Source: Promethearchaeota archaeon (GTDB taxonomy: Archaea > Asgardarchaeota > Lokiarchaeia > Sigyniarchaeales > SOKP01). From it: a stretch of 64,000 bases of DNA. This document shows, piece after piece, positions 28,260-39,227 of this stretch; the stretch's first letter is position 1; every line of letters starts with the position of its first letter. The stretch is from the NCBI GenBank assembly GCA_016926735.1, contig JAFGOA010000223.1, positions 31,276 through 95,275 of the forward strand. Reading direction: 5' to 3'. Both the position numbers and the translations under genes were made by a program. Under the pieces are notes generated by a model. That model was given only the letters and a program-made list of their open reading frames with translations, did not search any database and was not told where the DNA came from.

Positions 28260-29939
28260 TCAATAAAATCTATTTATTTTTCTTAATCCAAAAAATAATA
28301 GGAAAATAGTAGGGAATATAAGAAGAATCTGATGCAACAGAAAAATTAACTCAAGTAGATCAAGATTTATAGCAGAATTTGGCAAAAAATAAAGTATAAT
28401 ATTTAAAGAAATAAATAAGCAAATAAGTTGTAGTATTATAATATAGTATGTATTAATAAACACTATTTTTTTCTCGTATTTAAATAATGGATTATAGCAT
28501 TGTAGTCCTACTCCCAAAAATAATAAAGTAATATTATTTGATAAAATAAGCAAAAAGAGAAATAAAATAAGCAAAATATCAAATAAGAATATTAACGAAA
28601 TTAAACAGGTAATTAAAATATCTACTATCAATATAATTAAGAATTGAGAATAAATATATGAAATTATAAGAGACTTCAAACCTCTTGGAGATTTTCGAAA
28701 ATGAAAGATAAGTTCTTTTGAATCTAAAAATGAAGATGTACTATTAAAAATACTATAGAAAAATGAACCTGTCCATGTAATTAAGAAAATAACTAAAAAT
28801 TTATATTGATCAAAATTAATAGTAATTTCTATAGTTTCATTAAAAGGAGAATCTTCAAGAAATTGAATTAGATTTGGATAAGAAAAAAAGAATACGATTC
28901 CAGATAAAATTAATATTGCTACTGTAAAAAACAATTTCGCAATATTTTCTTTTTCTCGAAAGAATTCTTTTAATTGTGTTATTACTAAAATTTTCCATTT
29001 ATTGAGAATTAACTTACTAAATATTTTAAAAATTTGATTATTATATGTAAGAAACTTTGATTTAGAGTTTTGATAAGTATTTTCTGAAATTATTGAACTA
29101 TTGACACTTTTATAATATATAAATAAGGTAATAATTGGTAATAAAACAGATAAAATTATTGTTATCCATAATATTGTTTCAGATATAGTCAAGAAAGTAG
29201 GATCAATAACATAAGCAATTATATTTGAATACCAAAATGGAGGTAAGAAATTAAGATATATTTTATAATCTTGCGAAACTGAAAGAAAAAGCACAAGAAA
29301 TTGAAGGCTGTATACTATTATTTTTATCAAAAGAGTGAAAGTATAAATAAAATAGACTCGATTTCTCTGTAATTTATAAATTCTAAATGCATTATATTTA
29401 ATGATATTCATTATTATCATTCCAAGAAGGAGGCTAAAAATAAGTAATAAAAACAAATTGAGATATATAAAAAAAAAATCGATTATTTGAATCTCTTTTA
29501 TTAAACCTAAAATAGATATGAAAAAAGGACCAACAATTAACACAATCATTAAATAAAAGGGAATTCTCCATAAGAAATCTGCCATAACTACATCTCTAAT
29601 CTTTATTGGTGATGATAAATAGATTTCTCTCATATCTATTTCTGCTTTTCTATTAAAATCGTAAATTGGAACTAAAAAATTAACTAAAAAAATTATAAAA
29701 AAGAAACTCCCTAAAATATTAAGGAAATAATCTCTTATATACTCAGAACCGAATACCTTAAAAATTGAAGGAATAATTGAATTCAAGACAATAGGTCCAA
29801 AATATATCCCCCAAAATATAAGAAAGCCTATAATAAAAATTAAGAATCTTTTTCTATTTTTTTGAAATCGAAATGTAAAAATACGAAATTCTTTTTTTGC
29901 TATTGTTAGCCAAATTCTTATATTTTTTTTTTCAAGCAT
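28260..29939 (-). CDS. polytopic membrane protein, probable ABC-2-type permease partner
   Basis: 559 aa, very hydrophobic. Divergently paired with the ABC ATPase at 30163. Confidence 0.5.
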   Translation of the reverse strand: MLEKKNIRIWLTIAKKEFRIFTFRFQKNRKRFLIFIIGFLIFWGIYFGPIVLNSIIPSIFKVFGSEYIRDYFLNILGSFFFIIFLVNFLVPIYDFNRKAEIDMREIYLSSPIKIRDVVMADFLWRIPFYLMIVLIVGPFFISILGLIKEIQIIDFFFIYLNLFLLLIFSLLLGMIIMNIIKYNAFRIYKLQRNRVYFIYTFTLLIKIIVYSLQFLVLFLSVSQDYKIYLNFLPPFWYSNIIAYVIDPTFLTISETILWITIILSVLLPIITLFIYYKSVNSSIISENTYQNSKSKFLTYNNQIFKIFSKLILNKWKILVITQLKEFFREKENIAKLFFTVAILILSGIVFFFSYPNLIQFLEDSPFNETIEITINFDQYKFLVIFLITWTGSFFYSIFNSTSSFLDSKELIFHFRKSPRGLKSLIISYIYSQFLIILIVDILITCLISLIFLFDILLILFLFLLILSNNITLLFLGVGLQCYNPLFKYEKKIVFINTYYIIILQLICLFISLNIILYFLPNSAINLDLLELIFLLHQILLIFPTIFLLFFGLRKINRFY

Positions 29940-30162
29940 CTGAAGCAGGCTAAATTAGAATATGTATCATTTCCCAATTTATTTAATAATATAGTATACA
30001 AAATACCTTTGGAGTTTTAAATTTATTTAGAAGATTTTTAAATATATTTTAAGAGAGATAAATTATTAAAATTTTAGCTATTCTATATTCTATTAACCTA
30101 ATTTCATTTAAAATTTAATTATTTTATTAATATATATATTTATATCAGTTAAAAAAGAGATC

Positions 30163-30930
30163 ATGGAAAATAATTTTGCAATTAACACAGAAAATTTATC
30201 TAAATCTTATAATAACAAAATAGCTGTTTCTAATCTAAGTCTAAAAGTTAATTATGGTAAGATTTATGGGTTATTAGGCCCAAATGGAGCTGGAAAGACA
30301 ACAACTATCCAAATTTTAAATTGTATAATAAAACCTGATTCAGGTAAAGCTCAAATTCATGGATTTGATATTATGAGCCAAAGTGATAATGTGAAAAAAA
30401 ATACAGGATATCTACCAGAAACCCCTGCTTTATATGAAAAATTAACTCCAGAAGAATATCTTGAATTTATAGGAGAATTATATTTTATTCCAAAAATTGT
30501 ATTAAAAAAGCGTATAATTGATTTATTGGAACTTTTTGATTTAGACAATAGAAAAGATGATTTAATCGGGAATTATTCAAAAGGAATGAAACAAAAAGTT
30601 AACATATGTGCTGCATTAATTCCAGATCCTCCAATTATTTTTTTAGATGAACCAACCTCGAATTTAGATCCTGCTTCGGCAAAGATTATTAAAGATTTGT
30701 TTAAATCATTGATTTTAAATGCTCAAAAAACCATTTTTCTCTGTACTCACCTTCTTGATGTTGCTAAAGAACTATGTGATAGAATTGGTATTATTAATAA
30801 CGGTTGTTTATTAATTGAAGGAACTCCTAAAGAAATTGTAGATTCTGGAAATTATCTAAATTTAGAAGATGCTTATCTGAATATTTTAGATATTTCTCAT
30901 AATAAAGATCTATTAAAATGGAGAAGTTAA
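30163..30930 (+). CDS. ABC transporter ATP-binding protein
   Basis: GPNGAGKTT, YSKGMKQK, IIFLDEPTSNLD. Confidence 0.9.
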   Translation: MENNFAINTENLSKSYNNKIAVSNLSLKVNYGKIYGLLGPNGAGKTTTIQILNCIIKPDSGKAQIHGFDIMSQSDNVKKNTGYLPETPALYEKLTPEEYLEFIGELYFIPKIVLKKRIIDLLELFDLDNRKDDLIGNYSKGMKQKVNICAALIPDPPIIFLDEPTSNLDPASAKIIKDLFKSLILNAQKTIFLCTHLLDVAKELCDRIGIINNGCLLIEGTPKEIVDSGNYLNLEDAYLNILDISHNKDLLKWRS

Positions 30931-31119
30931 AAAAGATATTATATAAAAATAACAACCTATTGGGAGTATACATTTTATTTTCGAAAGCTATTTAAATATA
31001 TTTTTTATGAAATAACATTATGATTTAAAAAAATATAATATTTAAAATAAGTCTAAAGATACTTAGCATAAGCCTAATTAAAGTTTAACTTTTAAATATA
31101 TTGAATAATTTATAAAAGT

Positions 31120-33123
31120 ATGAGTAAAAATAAATACGAATTTAAAGCAGAAATTAAAAAACTATTAGATATCTTGAGTAAATCCCTTTATCAACATAAA
31201 GAAGTTTTCCTCAGAGAATTGATTAGTAATTCTGTAGATGCACTTAAAAAAATTCATTTTTTATCATTAACAGATAAAAATATAGAAGATATTGAAGATA
31301 ATCTTAAAATTGAAATTATCATTGATTCTGATTCTAAAACAATTACTGTTAAAGATACAGGAATTGGAATGAATAAAGAGGAGCTTATTAATAATTTAGG
31401 AACTATTGCTGGAAGTGGTTCTCAAAAGTTTCTAGAACAACTTAATAATACCCAAAAAATAGATAATAAAAATGTGGATTTAGATGTTATAGGTCAATTT
31501 GGTGTTGGGTTTTATTCGATTTTCATGGTTGCTGATAAAGTTAAAGTAATTTCGAAATCATATATTAAAGAAGAGAACGCTTATGAATGGGAATCAGATG
31601 GAACTGGAGAATTTATTGTAAATAATAATGATAAATCTACAAGAGGAACAGATGTAATATTATTTCTTAAAGAAGATGAGAAAGAATACCTTGATAAATT
31701 TAGGATTGAATCAATAATAAAAAAATATTCTAATTATGTCTCTTTTCCAATTTACGTTTCTGAAATAAAAAAAGAAGCAGAAGAGGAAAAAGAGAAAAAA
31801 GTTGAGGAAGTGGAAGATAAAAAAAAACCTGAACCTATTAATGAATTAACTCCTTTATGGAAAAAAAATTCAAAAGATATTACTGAAGAGGAATATAAAA
31901 GCTTTTACCATTTTATTTCCAATAGATATGATAATTATTCACATGTTATTAATTATAGTATAGATGGCACTGTTCAATTTCGTTCTATACTTTTCATACC
32001 TGAATCTGATATCAATCAATTTATAAGACCTGATGATGAATATGGCTTAACTCTTTATTCTAAAAATGTAATGATTATGAAAAATTGCAGTGATTTAATT
32101 CCAAAATGGATGAGATTTATAAAAGGAGTTGTTGATTCAAATGATATTCCATTAAATATCAGTAGAGATACCATTCAAACTAATCGGGTAATGATGAAGA
32201 TAGAAAAATTACTAATTAAAAAAATATTAAGAGAACTTGATAATATCGCTGAAAATGAACCAGAGAAATATAAGAAATTATGGGAAAGTTTTTCTCCATA
32301 TATAAAAGAGGGTATTCTTTCTGACGCTTTTAGAACAGATAAACTTCTTACTTATCTTCGCTTTAATAGCTCAAAATCAAAAGAGGGCGAATATAGAAGT
32401 ATTGAAGATTATATAAAAGATATGCCTGAAACTCAAAAAGAACTATATTATTTAATTGGCGAAAATCTAAATACTTTGAAGTTATCACCTCATTTAGGAT
32501 ATTATAATGAAAATAATATGGAAGTTATATTATTAGATGAACCTATTGATAATTTCTTAATGATGAATGTACGTGAATATAAAAAAACAATACTGGAAGG
32601 TGAAAATGAAGAAATTAAATCATACACCTTTACTCCCATAGATGTAACAGAACCTACTAAGGAAGATAAAGAAGCATCAGAGGATGAGGGTAAAAAAGAT
32701 AAAACTGAAGAACTTATTCCTGAGAATATAAAGAAATTCTTTGAATATGTAAAATCTACTCTTGGAGAAAAGATTCTTGAGGTTAAACTGTCTGATCGTC
32801 TCTATCAAAATGTATGTAGATTGGCAAATCCTGCTGGTGGTATGACTTCAAGTATGCAAAGAGCTATGAGATATTGGACAAAAACAGAATATGGAAAAGA
32901 TTTTGAAATTCCGAGGAAAATTTTAGAGTTTAATAAGGATCATCCTATTTTTAATAAATTAATTGAACTTTATGAAAATGATCCAAAAGATGATAAAGTC
33001 ACATTAATTATAACTCAACTTTTTGAAAATTGCCTTTTAGCTGAAGGTGATCTACCAAATCCATCTCTTATGGTTCCAAGAATAAATCAATTAATTGAGT
33101 TATTATTAGTTGAAAAAAAATAG
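31120..33123 (+). CDS. htpG: Hsp90-family chaperone HtpG
   Basis: GHKL ATPase motifs (FLRELISNSVDALKK, DTGIGM, GQFGVGFYS), middle-domain NISRD, 667 aa. Confidence 0.9.
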   Translation: MSKNKYEFKAEIKKLLDILSKSLYQHKEVFLRELISNSVDALKKIHFLSLTDKNIEDIEDNLKIEIIIDSDSKTITVKDTGIGMNKEELINNLGTIAGSGSQKFLEQLNNTQKIDNKNVDLDVIGQFGVGFYSIFMVADKVKVISKSYIKEENAYEWESDGTGEFIVNNNDKSTRGTDVILFLKEDEKEYLDKFRIESIIKKYSNYVSFPIYVSEIKKEAEEEKEKKVEEVEDKKKPEPINELTPLWKKNSKDITEEEYKSFYHFISNRYDNYSHVINYSIDGTVQFRSILFIPESDINQFIRPDDEYGLTLYSKNVMIMKNCSDLIPKWMRFIKGVVDSNDIPLNISRDTIQTNRVMMKIEKLLIKKILRELDNIAENEPEKYKKLWESFSPYIKEGILSDAFRTDKLLTYLRFNSSKSKEGEYRSIEDYIKDMPETQKELYYLIGENLNTLKLSPHLGYYNENNMEVILLDEPIDNFLMMNVREYKKTILEGENEEIKSYTFTPIDVTEPTKEDKEASEDEGKKDKTEELIPENIKKFFEYVKSTLGEKILEVKLSDRLYQNVCRLANPAGGMTSSMQRAMRYWTKTEYGKDFEIPRKILEFNKDHPIFNKLIELYENDPKDDKVTLIITQLFENCLLAEGDLPNPSLMVPRINQLIELLLVEKK

Positions 33124-33177
33124 TTTAAAAAAGAACGAATAAGATCTTATTTTTCCTTTTCTTTTTTATAGTTTTTT

Positions 33178-34533
33178 TTAGTCTAAATCATCAAAGATAT
33201 TATAGATTTCATCGATTATATTATCAAATTCAACTATTTTTTGTTCTTCAGTTACCATATTCTTTATCGTGATTCTATTTTGTTCCATTTCTTTTGGTCC
33301 TAATATTAAAGAAACTCTAACACCAAGTTCACTTGCTTTTTTAAGTTGATTTCCTAAATTTTCAAATCTATAATCAATTATGCATGGAAATTCTTCATAT
33401 CTTAATTCTCTTGCTATTTTGTGAGCATATTGAGATTGTTTTATATTTATTGAAGCAATATAAATAACATCAGAATAATCGCTATTCATAATTTCCTCTG
33501 GAATTAGATTATATGTTTCAAGAAAAAGTTTTAACATTAATAATCCCATTCCAAATCCAATTCCTGATAATTCTTCATTTGAGAATAAAGATAATAAATT
33601 ATCATATCTTCCTCCACCAAAAATCGCTCGTCTATTTTCTTTACCAGTATCAAAAACCTCAAAAACAGTACCAGTATAATAATCTAGACCTCTGACAACA
33701 TTTGATGCAAATGAGCAATATTCTGTGATATCTAAGTCTTGTATAAGATTTTCTATTTCAGATAATTCTTTATAACCTTGACTCTCAAGAAATTGATCTG
33801 GGATATTATTAAATTTATTAAGAACTTCTTGTATACTTTTTGCATCCTTTAGGATTAAAATACCTTGTTTTATTATTTCTTCTTTGAAATTATCATTAAT
33901 GGTCTCTAAAAATTCCTTTTCTTCTAATTTATTGGATTTATCTAAAAGATTATATATCAATGATATTTTATTCTTTGGAACCTTTAAAATAAAATCACAA
34001 ATTGCATCAATAAATCGTCTATTATTGTAATATATTTGAAATTGTTCTGAAGTTGCCCCAAAACTCGTTAAAATATCTATAATTATATTCAAGATTTCTA
34101 ATTCTGCATAAAGACTGTTTTCACCTAAGATATCAACATTGAATTGAATAAATTCTCTTCTTCTTCCTCGTTGTGTATCTTCATATCTATAGCAAGTTGG
34201 AACAGAATACCATCTAATTGGTTTTTTAAATTCTTGACTTTTTCTTGCAATCATTCTTGCAAGTGTGGGGGTGATTTCAGGTCTTAAAATAAGTTTTTTA
34301 TTTCTTTTATCTTTAATCCAATATGCTTGTTCTTGGACTAATTCTTCAGATGATTTTGCTGCAAAAATTTCAATTGGTTCTAATAAAGGACCAGAATATT
34401 CTTCATAACAATAAACCTCAATGATATCTCTAATTTGGTCTATTATCCAATTGTCCAATCTTAAATTTGAAGGATATGAATCCTCCATACCTTTAAGAGG
34501 TTGTGTCGAAAATCTTTTGTTTTCTTCTTCCAT
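33178..34533 (-). CDS. hisS: histidyl-tRNA synthetase
   Basis: Class II motifs (LRPEITPTLARM, YRYEDTQRGRRREFIQFNVDILG, GGGRYDNL) and a C-terminal anticodon-binding domain. Confidence 0.9.
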   Translation of the reverse strand: MEEENKRFSTQPLKGMEDSYPSNLRLDNWIIDQIRDIIEVYCYEEYSGPLLEPIEIFAAKSSEELVQEQAYWIKDKRNKKLILRPEITPTLARMIARKSQEFKKPIRWYSVPTCYRYEDTQRGRRREFIQFNVDILGENSLYAELEILNIIIDILTSFGATSEQFQIYYNNRRFIDAICDFILKVPKNKISLIYNLLDKSNKLEEKEFLETINDNFKEEIIKQGILILKDAKSIQEVLNKFNNIPDQFLESQGYKELSEIENLIQDLDITEYCSFASNVVRGLDYYTGTVFEVFDTGKENRRAIFGGGRYDNLLSLFSNEELSGIGFGMGLLMLKLFLETYNLIPEEIMNSDYSDVIYIASINIKQSQYAHKIARELRYEEFPCIIDYRFENLGNQLKKASELGVRVSLILGPKEMEQNRITIKNMVTEEQKIVEFDNIIDEIYNIFDDLD

Positions 34534-34609
34534 TAATTATAAATAAAGAAGGTTCTAAATTAAATATTCCATATACAATAATTTTTAAAATTAAAATAAA
34601 AATTTAATG

Positions 34610-34622
34610 TGACCGACGGTCA
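34610..34622. promoter_or_regulatory. palindrome TGACCGACGGTCA, candidate TetR operator
   Basis: Perfect 13-bp palindrome about 100 nt upstream of the TetR-family gene. Confidence 0.5.
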
Positions 34623-34669
34623 ATAAGTGACCAAAAGTTTAAATAAAAAAATAGATTCTATAATATTAA

Positions 34670-34682
34670 TGACCCTTGGTCA
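34670..34682. promoter_or_regulatory. palindrome TGACCCTTGGTCA, candidate TetR operator
   Basis: Same TGACC-N3-GGTCA arms, 36-48 nt upstream of the start at 34718. There is an extra half-site GTGACC at 34628. Confidence 0.5.
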
Positions 34683-34717
34683 ACTATTGAATAATAGTCA
34701 AAAGAAAAATATTTAGT

Positions 34718-35401
34718 ATGAATTCTTCAAATAAAGAAAAATTAAGCAGAACAAGATTAAGAAGAGAAAAAGAACGAGAGCAAAAACGGTTAAAAATTAT
34801 TGCAGTTGCTGAAAAATTATTTTTTTCGCAAAGTTTTGATAATACAACTATGGAACAAATAGCATATGAATCAGAATTTAGTAAGGGTACTTTATATAAT
34901 TATTTTAGATCAAAAGATGAATTATATATAGCTATTGGAGTAAAAGCTTATGAATTAATTATACAATATACTATAGATTTTACAAAAAAACATGATCTTG
35001 GATTAAGACAACTTATGGCAATCGGATATGCCTATTATGAATTTACTAAAGATTATCCTAATTTTGCTTCTATTTTTCATGATATTTCATTAAAAGTACC
35101 TAATATTATCTCAAAGTCAAAGAATGAAATATCTGAAATTGAAGATCAATATCTTAAATTAGGGAATTCATATTGGGAGATCATGTTTAGTATATTAGAT
35201 AATGCAATAAAAAATAAGAAAATAAGAGCAGATAAAGACCCTTCCATGATCGCTTATGTGCTAGCAACTCTTACAAAAGGATTAATTGAAGATTTAATGC
35301 AAACTCCTGAAATAATAAAAAGAGAATTTAAAATGGAACCAGATAAAATAATAGATTTTACCTTTGAATTATTAGGAGATGGATTAAAACCAAGGGAATA
35401 G
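34718..35401 (+). CDS. TetR/AcrR-family transcriptional regulator
   Basis: N-terminal HTH (FDNTTMEQIAYESEFSKGTLYNYFRSKDELY). Confidence 0.85.
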   Translation: MNSSNKEKLSRTRLRREKEREQKRLKIIAVAEKLFFSQSFDNTTMEQIAYESEFSKGTLYNYFRSKDELYIAIGVKAYELIIQYTIDFTKKHDLGLRQLMAIGYAYYEFTKDYPNFASIFHDISLKVPNIISKSKNEISEIEDQYLKLGNSYWEIMFSILDNAIKNKKIRADKDPSMIAYVLATLTKGLIEDLMQTPEIIKREFKMEPDKIIDFTFELLGDGLKPRE

Positions 35402-35424
35402 ATACTAAAGGAGGATAATAAATA

Positions 35425-35916
35425 ATGTCAAATATTTTAATTGTATATTTTTCTCTTACGGGAAATACAAAAACAATAGCAGAAAAAATAGCCACAATTT
35501 GTAATGCGGATATTTTAGAATTAAAACTTAAAAAAGAATTAAAACCTGATAAAGGAATGACATATTTCTGGGGAGGATTTCAAGCTACTATGAAAAGAAA
35601 ACCTAAATTAGTAGAATTCGATATAAATCCTTTTGATTATGAATTAATCATTATAGGCACTCCTGTATGGGCTTGGACCTTTTCTCCACCAATTCGATCT
35701 TTCATATCAAAATTTAAATTAAATGGTAAAAATGTTATTCTATTTGTTTCTTGTGATGGAAATGGTGAAAAAGCTATGAAAAGGTTTAAAGAAGCTTTAA
35801 AAGAAACTAATATCATTAGTGATTCTATTTTTCAAAATCATAAACAAGAGGGAATTGATGAAAAAAAAGAGAAAGCTATAGAATGGGCAAAGAAAATCTC
35901 TGAAAATTACATCTAA
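35425..35916 (+). CDS. flavodoxin-like protein
   Basis: ILIVYFSLTGNTK FMN-phosphate loop, 163 aa. AGGAGG lies upstream, and the gene is apparently co-transcribed with TetR. Confidence 0.75.
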   Translation: MSNILIVYFSLTGNTKTIAEKIATICNADILELKLKKELKPDKGMTYFWGGFQATMKRKPKLVEFDINPFDYELIIIGTPVWAWTFSPPIRSFISKFKLNGKNVILFVSCDGNGEKAMKRFKEALKETNIISDSIFQNHKQEGIDEKKEKAIEWAKKISENYI

Positions 35917-36178
35917 CAAATATCTTAAAATGTAATCATCCAGATGTAATTTATCTTTATTCCTTTGTGTATTACATTTTTCTTTTTTTGTTTTAATCTA
36001 AATTGATTCAAATAAAAAACAAATTACAATTAGAAATCAAATCAAAATTTTAAATTTTGGAATTTTATAGAAATTACACTATCTTTATAGAATTTACCAA
36101 TATTTTATAAATAATTTAAAGGTTATCTTATGAACTATAAACATCATATTTAATTCTTGTTTGATTAAATGATTATAT

Positions 36179-36712
36179 ATGGAAAAAAAAATCAGCAAAA
36201 CCTTAATAATGGGATTAAGAAATAGTGGTAAATCATCCATCTTGGAATATTTTCAAGGGATACGTAACCTAGTTTTATTCGGAAATATAAAACCAACAGT
36301 CCATATCGACAGAGTAATTTATCAAGCAGTTGATTATGAACATCTTATTTGGGATTTTGGAGGTCAAATCGATTATTTAAGTGATTACTTAGAACAATTC
36401 TATGAATATGCTTATGAAGCAGATGAGATAATATATGTGATTGATATTCAAGATCAAGAGAAATATAATCCTTCTATCAATTTTTTAAAAAAAATTATTA
36501 AACTTTTAGTTGATAAAGAACTATATATAGATATTAAAGTGTTTTTGCATAAATTTGACCCGGATTTGGATCATACACATCCAGAGATAAATGAAGAAGT
36601 AATTATTAATCTTCTAAAAGATGTTAAAAATATTTTTTCTGATAATATTAGCTACAGTATTTTTAAAACATCTCTTTATGTTGATTTTAAAAAATATCAA
36701 ATAATAGGATGA
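36179..36712 (+). CDS. small GTPase, Rag/Gtr-like (Ras superfamily), single G domain
   Basis: G1 GLRNSGKSS, G3 WDFGGQ, G4 HKFD (the HKxD variant typical of Rag/Gtr), G5 FKTSLY (compare the FRTSIW context of Rag). Confidence 0.7.
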   Translation: MEKKISKTLIMGLRNSGKSSILEYFQGIRNLVLFGNIKPTVHIDRVIYQAVDYEHLIWDFGGQIDYLSDYLEQFYEYAYEADEIIYVIDIQDQEKYNPSINFLKKIIKLLVDKELYIDIKVFLHKFDPDLDHTHPEINEEVIINLLKDVKNIFSDNISYSIFKTSLYVDFKKYQIIG

Positions 36713-36924
36713 AATATTTCTTTAAAATTCATCCTGAATTTGCTTTAAATTTATTTAAGATTGAATTTTCTTGAAGAAGTAGGTCCTCTCTATACAGTAA
36801 TTTTTTGACAATAGAATGCTCTTTTTCCGTTAATATAAACATTTACTTTATCCTCTTCTTTCTGGATCATAATTTACTCGTTGATCTCAAATTCCTGCAT
36901 ATTTTGTTTTATTTACACTTTATT

Positions 36925-37695
36925 TTATAATACATATGACCTTTTTCCTTCATTTATATTTATTCTATATTGAAGCTTTTCATCATCATAATAGGGATAC
37001 ACATCTTTAGTATTATGTTTTATAAAGAACTCTAATACATCTTCTGGTGTAGAAAATAAAGGTGCGTTATAATACTCCCCATCATCTCTAAATGTACTTA
37101 CTCCAACCTGAACATAATTCTTTTCACGATTAGACTTGCCTCCATCGTGATGAAAGGCATCAAATAAGTTTCTGGTAATTTCTTTATAATTAACAGATCC
37201 TAATTCAAAATTCTCTGAGTATTGTTCTGGAATATTCTCAATGAATTCAACAGCAGATCTTTCTCCATAAACTGTTATAAAAGGCAGAGGACATGTGAAA
37301 TACCATTCAATAACGGATTTTAACTTTCTATATGCTAATGTTCTTTTAATTAATGCCATTTTTTTGTCATAATTCTCCTGTTTTTTTCTTACTTCGTCCT
37401 CAGTTAATCGAAATTTTGCAAGATTTTTTTCATTCCAGGTATTTTTTATCAATCTTAATTCCTTTGTCTCATAGTTATAAATAACAGCACCATGAGACCA
37501 TGAATCTCTCAGATAATACCAATCATTAAATTCCTCTATGGGAACCATTGGAGTATTAGAAAAACAATCCATCGGAAATAATTGAAAATATCTTAGAACT
37601 TGAATTTGATTAAATCCCATCTTTTTCTCTAAAGCTTCTGCACATCCTTCAATAATTTTATTAATATCATGCTTAAATCCCGTATCTTGAGTCAA
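36925..37695 (-). CDS. hypothetical protein
   Basis: 256-aa ORF with normal composition; no motif recognised. Confidence 0.45.
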   Translation of the reverse strand: MTQDTGFKHDINKIIEGCAEALEKKMGFNQIQVLRYFQLFPMDCFSNTPMVPIEEFNDWYYLRDSWSHGAVIYNYETKELRLIKNTWNEKNLAKFRLTEDEVRKKQENYDKKMALIKRTLAYRKLKSVIEWYFTCPLPFITVYGERSAVEFIENIPEQYSENFELGSVNYKEITRNLFDAFHHDGGKSNREKNYVQVGVSTFRDDGEYYNAPLFSTPEDVLEFFIKHNTKDVYPYYDDEKLQYRININEGKRSYVL

Positions 37696-38179
37696 TTTTA
37701 CCCCTTCTTAATTTTTTCTTTAATTCTATTTTTATTTATTAATTCTAGTCTTAACCTATATTGAATACAACAGAAATATATCTTTTATTGTAAAATTTCT
37801 TAGGATTAACATCATATTTATAAAATATATTAATATTGATATCTTTTTTTAACTTCTGTTGAAATAATGGTACTAAATTCAGTTCTCTTATCCTCGCTTT
37901 AATCCTATAAGGTCTAATAATACAAATAAAGCTTCTCGCTTTAGAAATAATTAAATTTCGAATTATTTGTGAAATTTAGTCTTTGGGAATTGTAAATAAC
38001 TTTAATTTTTGATAAAATTTACTAAGAATCTTACTAATATTATATTTTTAGACAAAAAGTTTTAAAATATCATAAAACAACTATAAATCAAAAAAATACA
38101 ATATTAAAATGAATTTCTCAAAAATTTTTGTTAATTTTTAAAAATTAACGTTATTTACAAAGAAATTAGCAGATTTATC

Positions 38180-39109
38180 ATGTCTTTTATAAGCAATCTT
38201 ATAACAGTAATAAAAGAAAAGAAAAGTGTTGTATGTATGGGACTTGATCCCCAACTCGAAGGAGTTAATAGAATCCCTGAATGTTTAATAGAACAATATA
38301 ATAACCCAAATGATATTATATTAAATTTTAACAAAGAGTTAATTGAAAAAACTTATGATTTGATTCCAATAATAAAACCTCAAATTGCATTTTATGAAAA
38401 ATATGATGCTTTAAATGCTTTAAAGGAAACAATTAAATTTGCTCATAAAAAAGATTTATTAGTTCTTTTAGATTCTAAAAGAAATGATATAGGTGCTACT
38501 TCAGAAGCATACGCTTTTTCTAATTATGAAGTTTTTAATGCTGATGCATGTACTATCAATGCCTATTTAGGTTATGATTGTATCAAACCTTTTCTTCAAT
38601 ATGAAAATAAAGGTAAATTCATTTTAGTTAAGACTTCTAATCCAAGTAGTAAAGATTTTCAAGATTTATTTAGTTTAAATTTAGAAAATATTTCAAATGA
38701 GGAATATGAAATAGCTATTGATAAATTGAATCCAGATTTAAAACTAAAACGAAATTACATCCAAATGGCTGAGCTTATTCAAAAATGGGGAGTGAATTTA
38801 GAAAGATATAACGATTATCATAATTTAGGGATTGTTGCAGGTGCAACATTTCCAGAAGAATTAAAAATTCTGAGAAAAATAGTTAAAAATTCTTTTATTC
38901 TAATTCCGGGATTTGGAGCACAAGGCGCTACTGCAAAAGATGTAAAATATGGATTTAATCAAGAAGGATTAGGAGCAATTGTTAATTCTTCAAGAGGAAT
39001 TACCTATGCATATGTGAATAATAAGTTTAAACCTGAGAAATTTGCTGATGCAGCAAAAAATGAAATCAAGAGAATGAATTTAGAAATAAAAAAAGAAATT
39101 AATCTATAA
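38180..39109 (+). CDS. pyrF: orotidine 5'-phosphate decarboxylase, type 2
   Basis: VCMGLDP, KPQIAFYE, LDSKRNDIGATSEAYA, PGFGAQG. Confidence 0.85.
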   Translation: MSFISNLITVIKEKKSVVCMGLDPQLEGVNRIPECLIEQYNNPNDIILNFNKELIEKTYDLIPIIKPQIAFYEKYDALNALKETIKFAHKKDLLVLLDSKRNDIGATSEAYAFSNYEVFNADACTINAYLGYDCIKPFLQYENKGKFILVKTSNPSSKDFQDLFSLNLENISNEEYEIAIDKLNPDLKLKRNYIQMAELIQKWGVNLERYNDYHNLGIVAGATFPEELKILRKIVKNSFILIPGFGAQGATAKDVKYGFNQEGLGAIVNSSRGITYAYVNNKFKPEKFADAAKNEIKRMNLEIKKEINL

Positions 39110-39227
39110 CTATTTTTTTATCATATATTGATATTATTTGATTTATATTCTATTTTGAATATAATATTTGTTTCATGAAAAAATGAAAATATTGTATTAT
39201 CAGGAAAATTAAAAAAGAAATTAATTG

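Noticed and set aside
36760-36885. Short minus-strand ORF MIQKEEDKVNVYINGKRAFYCQKITV* resembling the start of a 2Fe-2S/ThiS-like protein
   Set aside because: It is only 26 codons before a TAG, and I found no BHB fold or downstream continuation.
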